A stretch of DNA of 64,000 nucleotides from Eledone cirrhosa. Its lineage: Eukaryota. Shown here one piece after another: positions 56,489 to 64,000 of this stretch; position 1 is the first letter of the stretch; every line of letters begins with the position of its first letter. The translations under genes were made by a program, and so were the position numbers. The stretch covers positions 42,346,001 through 42,410,000 of the forward strand of contig OZ024747.1 of assembly GCA_964016885.1 (NCBI GenBank). Direction: 5' to 3'. The notes under the pieces are model-generated. The model did not search any database, was not told the DNA's origin, and saw only the letters and a list, made by a program, of their open reading frames with translations.

Positions 56489-56629
56489 GTTTCATCACCA
56501 AGCTCACGTGGAAGTGAAAATACTCGAACACCTATTGAAAAAAGACAAAGATAATCGCTACAATGTGATACACATGGGAAGATACTTTTATTTTCGCAAC
56601 CATCTTTGCATTACGTTTGAATTAATGGG
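56489..56629 (+). CDS. DYRK4: DYRK4-like kinase exon, subdomains III-V (phase 2 to 2; absent from the ORF track)
   Basis: (R)[46 protein letters not shown](G); AAG| acceptor and GG|GTAAGG donor. Confidence 0.95.
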
Positions 56630-57646
56630 GTAAGGTATTCATTTAGATATTTTCTTCTTTTTTTTTTTACGATTTCATTGATTGAAAAAGCTGACTCAGC
56701 TCAGAATCAGCTATCGGGTAAATATTTATTATTACATCCGTTTATTTTTGGAAGTGAATTTTGTTTTTCCTAAGGTTTTCTGACTTACAAATCTAACCTT
56801 CAAAATAGTCGGAAACTATACGTTTTTTCAGTAAAACCTCCCCTAAGCCGTCAGTCATGGAGGCCCTGGTGGGAACAGTGAGTTTTTGGTAGAAAGAACC
56901 ACAGAAACGAGTAAATTGCAATCATTTTGAAGGCCTTATTAGTTCAAAACACCGCAAATGGTAGGGGGAAAAATAAATTTCAGGAAATTATTCATTTTAT
57001 TAGTTAAACCACCCTCCATTCATTTCCATCACTTTTCTTCCCCAATCACTTTCACCCTTCATCAGCGCATGACCCAAAATTTACATGACGATGATTAAAC
57101 AAAACTACATACCAGTAATATATTGTGCTATCTCTTTCGATGCGAAACAAAACATTTGGAAATCAAAATATACATGTATGGTAATATGGTTGCAATGGTC
57201 AAAGCTCGAGAATAGTTGGAGTGGGACACTGTCTTCCCTGGCTTTGTGGCTTCTCCGAGAAATGGTTCCCCCTGAAGACATTAATAAATATCATGTGTTG
57301 AAATGCTTCCACGTCATAAACACCGGAAACATGGAAGAATTTACTACTGTTTCGTTCCATTAGTGTGTGAGTAGTGAAAGAAATTTAGAAAGCTTCATTT
57401 CCCCTTAATACACTACATAAACAAAACCTCAAGTGATTTACCAACCACCCAGTAGGGTATGGAATTCAGAATCACAAAATTATACAAACTAACGGAAGTT
57501 ATTCTGAGAATGATTCATAAGAAAACTATAATTTAAGGTGGACATTTTTATATATTCTTTATTTTCTATATGAAAAATGTCAAAGTTTTTACAATTTAGT
57601 TCATTATTTTGATATAAATCTAACCTGGAAACACTACTGAATATTA

Positions 57647-57866
57647 TAATTGTTTCTACATTAGGCCTAAGACCAGCAATTTGAAGGGGAGGGAAAAGTC
57701 GATTAAATCGACCCCAGTACTTACTGGTGCTTTATTTTATTGACCCCGTAAGGATGAAAGACAAAGCTAACCGCGGCGGGATTTGAATTTAGAATGTAAA
57801 GGGCTGTAACTCTATGCCGCGAAGCATATTGTCCGGCACGCTACCGATACTGCACATCCACCGCCC
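57647..57866 (-). mobile_element. SINE family A
   Basis: Reverse-complement copy. Confidence 0.85.
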
Positions 57867-57894
57867 TACTACTGAATATTATAATAACTATCTA

Positions 57895-58083
57895 AGGGCG
57901 GTGAATTGGCAGTATCGGTAGAGGGTTGGACGCCATGCTTTCTAGCATAGTTACGTCCCTTTACAGTCTGAGTTCAAATCCCGCCGAGGTTAACTTTGCC
58001 TTTCATCCTTACGGGGTTGATAACATAAAGTACCAGTAATGTACTGGTAATTGCTGGCCTTGTGCCTAAAGTAGAAACAATTA
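57895..58083 (+). mobile_element. SINE family A
   Basis: Head-to-head with 57647-57866. Confidence 0.85.
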
Positions 58084-58893
58084 TAATAATTATCTATAAC
58101 AACTACTATGATCTGTGTCATTTGCTCATCCATAACACTAGAATGCCAAGAACAGCAATATTCTTGCCGCTGAAATGTCACCATTAATGCCAAAAATATT
58201 TTTGTTTTTGATTTAAAAAAAAAAAACGAGCATATATAGGATATACTTAAATATTTGTTAATTGTATTTCCTGTTTCCGTTTAAAACTATGGCACCATTT
58301 ACTTCATATTTTTTACAACCAGCGTTGAAATAATTGTTTCTACTTTTGGCATATGGCCAACAATTTGAGGGAAAGGGGAAAGTAGATTCTGTAAGGTAAA
58401 GCTAACCTCGGCTGTATTTTAACTCATTTGTCCGATGTTCTAACAACTCTGCCAATTCGCCGCCATTTATAATAATTATGTCATATAGAAGAGTTGCAAT
58501 ATCATATGGGTATGCACATATACAAAAACTGGGTGACAGGGCAAAATGTAAAATAATTCTTAAATAGAATTTCGGTTTGTTTGATTTTTTTTAAGGCTAC
58601 CACCACCGATGATGCCATGTTTGGAAAACAAATTCTTTTTATAGAAATATTATTTTTTAATTAAACACACACAAAATTATTGTCACTCCAAGCAAACAAA
58701 AAATTAAACAGTCATAGATCCTGGAGCTATAAAAACGAAACAAAAAACCTTCCGTTGATAATTATCAACGGAAGGGTTTTTGTTTCGTTTTTATAGCTCC
58801 AGGATTATAATCAAAGTCACAATAAGCCCTACAGTTGACATTTTTTACTTCTTCCGGTCAATAATTTTGTTTTTAATCGTTAAATATTTGCAG

Positions 58894-59032
58894 AATGAAT
58901 CTATACCAGTTAATCAAGAGAAACAACTTCCAAGGCTTCAGTGTGAGCTTGATACGAAAGTTTGCCATCGCTTTACTTAATTGCTTGAAACTATTACACA
59001 AGGAAAAGATTATTCACTGCGACCTGAAACCA
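58894..59032 (+). CDS. DYRK4: DYRK4-like kinase exon, subdomain VI (phase 2 to 0)
   Basis: [46 protein letters not shown]; TGCAG| acceptor and |GTAAGT donor. Confidence 0.96.
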
Positions 59033-59097
59033 GTAAGTTTTATTTCAATAAAATACATACAAATAAACAATTTATATTATATATACACACACACATA

Positions 59098-59459
59098 GAG
59101 TTATCCCCCCCGGTATTCGCGGGGTTACGTTCCTAGAGCGTCCGCGAAGAGTGAAAAGCCACGAATATTGGACGTGGTCGATAAAGATGCCTATAAACGT
59201 CAAAATATAACGTAAAATGTAACAAAAAAAAAGAGAGTCTTATGCGAAGGAGCGTTCAATAGGTCGGCAAATACGGTATGTTATTATTAATAATTTAACG
59301 TTAAATATATATATATAGTTACGAAAAGGCCCCCCCAAAAAAATCGCGAAAGATTTTTACGATTCTTCGAATATGCGGTGATTTCCACGAATAATTATTA
59401 GTTAGGTTCTAAGGAAAATTCCGCGATTAACCTGGACCGCGAATGCCGGGGGTACACTG
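59098..59459. mobile_element. Tc1/mariner (pogo/Tigger-like) MITE
   Basis: Imperfect TIRs ...CCCCCGGTATTCGCGG / CCGCGAATGCCGGGGG..CACTG|TA. Confidence 0.6.
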
Positions 59460-59932
59460 TATATATATATTAGAAAGAGTCAGGGCCCGACGGCTGAGCT
59501 CTTACCATTTCAACAACTATCCCAAGTATCGACTACTCTGTTGAATAATGGTCTAACTATTTTAATACTGGTTTAATCCTAATAATATATATATATATCC
59601 TGCTCATGAAATTAACATGTAAGTGGCTGAGCATTCCATAAATGTTCATAATGTAGTTCCCGGTAAAATTCGCCGTGGCGTGACACAGTGAGTAACAAGG
59701 TTGGCCTTTTGAACTACAGGCACATTCCATCCGACGTGTTTGCAGTTTCTGCCTACCCACTTCAACTCGCAAGGCATCGGTAGACTCGTGGCTATGGTAT
59801 ATAACATTTGCCCAAGATGTCAAGCAATGGGATCGAACCTGGGACCTAATGATTAAGTAGACTTCTTAACTATGTAATTCTATGACGTCCACTTAATTTA
59901 AGCAATGTAATGTGTTTTGTCTATTTTTACAG

Positions 59933-60014
59933 GAAAACATTTTACTAAAACCACGAGGTCAAAGTTCCATAAAGGTTATAGACTTTGGTTCCAGTTGTTA
60001 TGAATATCAACGAG
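59933..60014 (+). CDS. DYRK4: DYRK4-like kinase exon, subdomain VII (phase 0 to 1)
   Basis: [27 protein letters not shown]; TTACAG| acceptor and G|GTACGT donor. The YxY exon was not found in the window. Confidence 0.96.
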
Positions 60015-60072
60015 GTACGTTTCAATATTTATACATTGCTTCTTTGACGAGCAAACATTATGTATATCTGTA

Positions 60073-60262
60073 TAGGCGGTGGATTGGTAGTATCAGTAGA
60101 GAGTCGGACGCCATGCTTTCCAGCATAGTTACGTCCCTTTACGGTCTGAGTTGAAACCCCGCCGAGGTTAACTTTGCCTTTCATCCTTACGGGGTCGATA
60201 AAATAAAGTACCAGTAATGTACTGGGTAATTGCTGGCCTTGTGCCAAAAGTAGAAACAATTA
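60073..60262 (+). mobile_element. SINE family A
   Basis: Matches 11431-11619. Confidence 0.85.
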
Positions 60263-60927
60263 TGTATATCTGTACGCGTGCGCGAGCGCACGCATACACA
60301 CACACAGATGTATTTATGTATAAACTCTGGACTTAATGTCTGTTTTTAACTTTCGATCCATCGAGTGCTTTGTGATTACCTTAAACAAATCGAATAGTAC
60401 CGCTGTACTGCAGCTAAACTTCGATTTACAAATATTATATATATATATAATATATATATATATCGAGTTGTCTGCCGGCGAAACAATTGTAACACACAAT
60501 AAATTGAGTTCAGATGCATCACTGATTTTTCGTTTTATATTATATCACACTCTGCTCTGTAAGAACATAGAGTGCTCAACCGGCATACCACCTATGGAAG
60601 CATCATAGCTACCATCAGACACACATATATATACATATATATATATATATATCGCTCTCTCATTCTCGAAGAAATTAGCTATGTTCAGATCTGCAGAGGG
60701 GAGGGTTTCCGCCAAATTTAAAATTGCCAAGGCACACTGCCTATCCCTACGGCACCCCTACGACTCCATTGGGATTACTGGTCCATGCATACATGCAAAA
60801 TAACCTTAATTGAGTTTAAATTCTTCTTTACCTGAAATCATAGGTAAAAACTTCAATAATATCTTGATATCGGGAATCCACAGAACATTTATCTAAACAC
60901 TATTCTAATTGGTTGTCTTAATTTCAG

Positions 60928-60954
60928 GCTCTAACTTACAAGATGGTGGGTCAG
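60928..60954 (+). CDS. Candidate 27-nt microexon of the DYRK4-like gene (phase 1 to 1)
   Basis: TTCTAAT branch-like site, TCTTAATTTCAG| acceptor, CAG|GTAAGA donor; open in the required frame (GSNLQDGGS). Confidence 0.45.
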
Positions 60955-61246
60955 GTAAGACGTACTGGCCATTATTAGAATGACTTCGTTGTTTAGTTAT
61001 TTATTTATAATACTAAATTAACATTCAGATTAATGTGAACTAGACAAGATATTTAGCTGATTAAATAGTTCAATAGCCTCAATGGCTGTATTCCAGACAA
61101 CTTCTGTTCGATAAGCACATGCACCCCCCCCCCATATATATATATATATGTTAAGTATTTCCGTGGAAAAAGGGTAAAGGAAAGAAGAGTGCTCTATGTA
61201 TAGTAAAGAGCTATTTGTTTATGTAATAAACAACACAATATAATTA

Positions 61247-61317
61247 TTCCATTACCCAAGGTTTCGCGAAGTTAGACTATTCTCTCAGAAACGTCTGATA
61301 TCGCTCATCAGATAGAA
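61247..61317 (-). ncRNA. Type-I hammerhead ribozyme, canonical core
   Basis: TTCTAT-CTGATGA-GCGA...TCGC-GAAA-CC(TTG)GG-TA-ATGGAA. Confidence 0.75.
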
Positions 61318-61761
61318 ATCTTTATTTTGGATATAAGATATAAAAATGCACATAAATTTTACCGAAAATTTGTGCATTTTTTTCTTCTAACTTCAATTTT
61401 GTACCTAATTACGTGTAGTTAACTATTTGTCTAGTCAATTTCTACAGGCTAGGAGAAATACTAGTTAAGTGTCATATGGTTGTACATCGCGGAAAAGAAT
61501 CTGTATCATTTGTCTATTATTTCTTCATAAGTACATTTTAAACTTATAGCCTCGTTTAAATGATTTTTTGTGTGGTTAATTTATACTGATTGGGAGAGGA
61601 AATACTGTATATATTTTATCTAATGATTCTTTGGACTTACATTTTTATATATAGTTCTGATTAATAATTACTTAATTAATTCTTCATCGAGCCACACCGT
61701 GAATGGTTGCCAAACGCATGTATGTATCTGTGACTTTGTCTAATATATATATATATATATA

Positions 61762-61895
61762 TGGCTTAGTGGTTAGAGCATTGGGCTTGCAATCGAAAGG
61801 TTGTGAGTTCAATTCTCAGACCGAGTGATGTGTTGTTTCCTTGAGCAAGACACTTTATTTCACATTGCTCCAGTTTACTCAGCTGTAGAAATGAG
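61762..61895 (+). mobile_element. tRNA-derived SINE, separate family
   Basis: TGGCTTAGTGGTTAGAGC A-box, GAGTTCAATTC B-box and TCCTTGAGCAAGACACT core. Confidence 0.75.
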
Positions 61896-62341
61896 ATTAT
61901 ATATATATATATAAAATCAATTTGATGACGATGGAATATAATATTAAAAACAAATACGTGTTGATATACGGCAAACAATTGTATATGGATATGACTAAAT
62001 ACTCAACTAGTTGCAATGGACGAGATAGTTATTTGATTAAGGATAATGCATGTTAGTTGATGGCCGGTCTTAATATGTTTCGGGTCTCGAGCTGATGAGA
62101 CACTTTCTTGCATGTTCTGTGCTCGGTTGACAGTGTAACAAAACGTAACTCCATTAACTTAATATTTGCTTCTGTTATGGATTTGTTCAACTCGGTGTTC
62201 ATCGCATGTGAACATATTTGCATGGAGAAAGGTGTGGGATTGGGAGCTGATGCTACTTTCAATGACTTATTGTTTAACTCTAGGTCATCGTATTTAGTTA
62301 CTTGTACATTTTCCAATGAATCATCCTGTGACCACGTAGAG

Positions 62342-62623
62342 CAGAGATTCTCAAAGTGGGCGCTACCGCCCCTCAGGGTGTTGAGAAGATCCAGAGGGGT
62401 TTAAGGGGGAGGTAGAGATGATATAACAGTATATTAAATATCAAATAATACATATTATATATATGGTAAAATAAAAAAAATATATAATCTTTATTTATAC
62501 ATAGTACATATTATATTATTTACAATTTGCGTGTAGTCAGGTCTCTCTGGAAATAAGGGTGAGGTGCTGAGGGTATTACGTGACCATGAGGTGGGGTGGC
62601 CCAAAAAAGTTTGAGAACCTCTG
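62342..62623. mobile_element. hAT (Charlie-type) MITE
   Basis: TIRs CAGAGATTCTCAAA/TTTGAGAACCTCTG; TSD ACGTAGAG/AGGTAGAG. Confidence 0.8.
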
Positions 62624-64000
62624 AGGTAGAGCAACGGTCAGGAACCTTTTCAATCTCAAGAGCCATTTTTAGCTTAACATAATAATTTGAAGCGGCGAAT
62701 TTGCAGAGTCGTTAGAACGTCTGATAGAATGTTTTGCGGTATTCGTTCCGGTTTTCAGAGCCTTGAGTTCAAATTCTGCCGAAGTCAACTTTGCCTTTCA
62801 TCCAGTATTGAGGTCGTTTTATCCCCATGCCTCTTCTTCACATTCTCGCCTTGTCTGGAAGAAATCGGCAATGTATTCAGACCTGGAGAGGAGATGTGTG
62901 TTGGCCCCTCCAACAGTTTCGACGACGAATGTTCCAGTTGTTTCGATTAACGAAACAAGCTATTCGTGAAATTAACTAAAAAAAAAAAGGGAGAAGTAGG
63001 GGTGGAAAAAGAAAGAAGTATAGGGTAATTAGTTATCGTCTATTTCACACACACACACAATTGCATAAAAAAGTACAACATATCCATGCTGGTTTCTCCG
63101 GCATTCTCCACTTGCCCTTTCAGTGAGACAAAGGCATTCGATGGGTCAAGAGTCAAGATCACTATAAATGCCTCTGGTATGACCTTTGTATTCTGCTAGC
63201 CCAGTTTTGCATCGATTCCGCTTTACCTCGCCATACACTCTTCTATGCTTTGTTCCACTCGATAGAACTTACATCGTTCCCTACATCGGTCAGGGCTTCC
63301 TTCAAATATTATTTTGAAGGCAATTGAAAACCAGCACCCTTGTTAGTCAGACAGAGATAAATTACCATCTTCTAAGGTAAAAAAAATAATCTCAGGCATG
63401 GAAGTATTTGTCTTAATCCCATACTTCGGTAGCCGACTGATGTTTAAATTTCTTTATTTTTTATAACGTACGCAAAAGAATTATTTTTTCTCCGTTTAAA
63501 TTAAAATTTTAGCTAACATTGCTTGTATGAGGCATGACACTAAAATTTGTTAAGAAATGTATTTTGCATGTGAAAATGTAATTGATTTTTGTATACATTT
63601 TTTTCCAAATACAAATGTTTTTATTTATTTGTTTTCGTTTTTGTGTGTGTGTGGGGGGGGGGGGGGGGGGGGAATTGAGAATTTTAGAGGCGTATCCTAC
63701 TTTGGTCGCTGTGATAAAATGCTTGGCTGGACAAATAGTGTTTCTGACAAAGACCATTTGTAGCCGATTTCTCAGACTTTAAGCGCTAAGAATATAAAGT
63801 TAATATAAAGAATGATGTGTTCATGCGCGGAGATGCTATAACATAGCTTATAAGATAGGGTGAAGACTCTTAAAAGACGGAAAAGGAAGTCGCCATCCGT
63901 CTTTTAAGGGTTTCACACTATTTTATGAGCTATTTTATCAGACTCTTTCACTAGAATCTAGACAATACCAACGAAATAAATACGTATGTCTGTATGCGTG

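Noticed and set aside
60015-64000. Next kinase exon (VYTYIQSRFYRSPE)
   Set aside because: Not found by eye; it presumably lies beyond the window.

Overview
AT-rich, microsatellite-saturated eukaryotic DNA. The repeat content points to an octopus or other coleoid cephalopod; this is an inference. The one host gene is a plus-strand DYRK4-like (class II DYRK) kinase. Six phase-consistent exons lie between 45335 and 60014, a probable first coding exon lies at 28942-29421, and the gene continues beyond the window. Everything else is transposon-derived: tRNA-derived SINEs, RTE, CR1/L2-like, CRE-like and R4/Dong-like LINE fragments, Helitrons, hAT and Tc1/mariner-type MITEs, and minisatellites. Main unexplained signals: (1) about ten minimal type-I hammerhead-ribozyme motifs of unrelated sequence, in short elements mostly flanked by (TA)n (Penelope-like pLTR/retrozyme architecture), one forming a 195-bp-arm palindrome with a ribozyme on each strand; (2) a candidate 27-nt frame-preserving microexon that would insert GSNLQDGGS into the kinase activation loop; (3) an RTE-type LINE with a twin-priming-like 5' inversion; (4) a 56-bp tandem array whose unit folds into two hairpins. 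All calls were made by eye; no searches were run.
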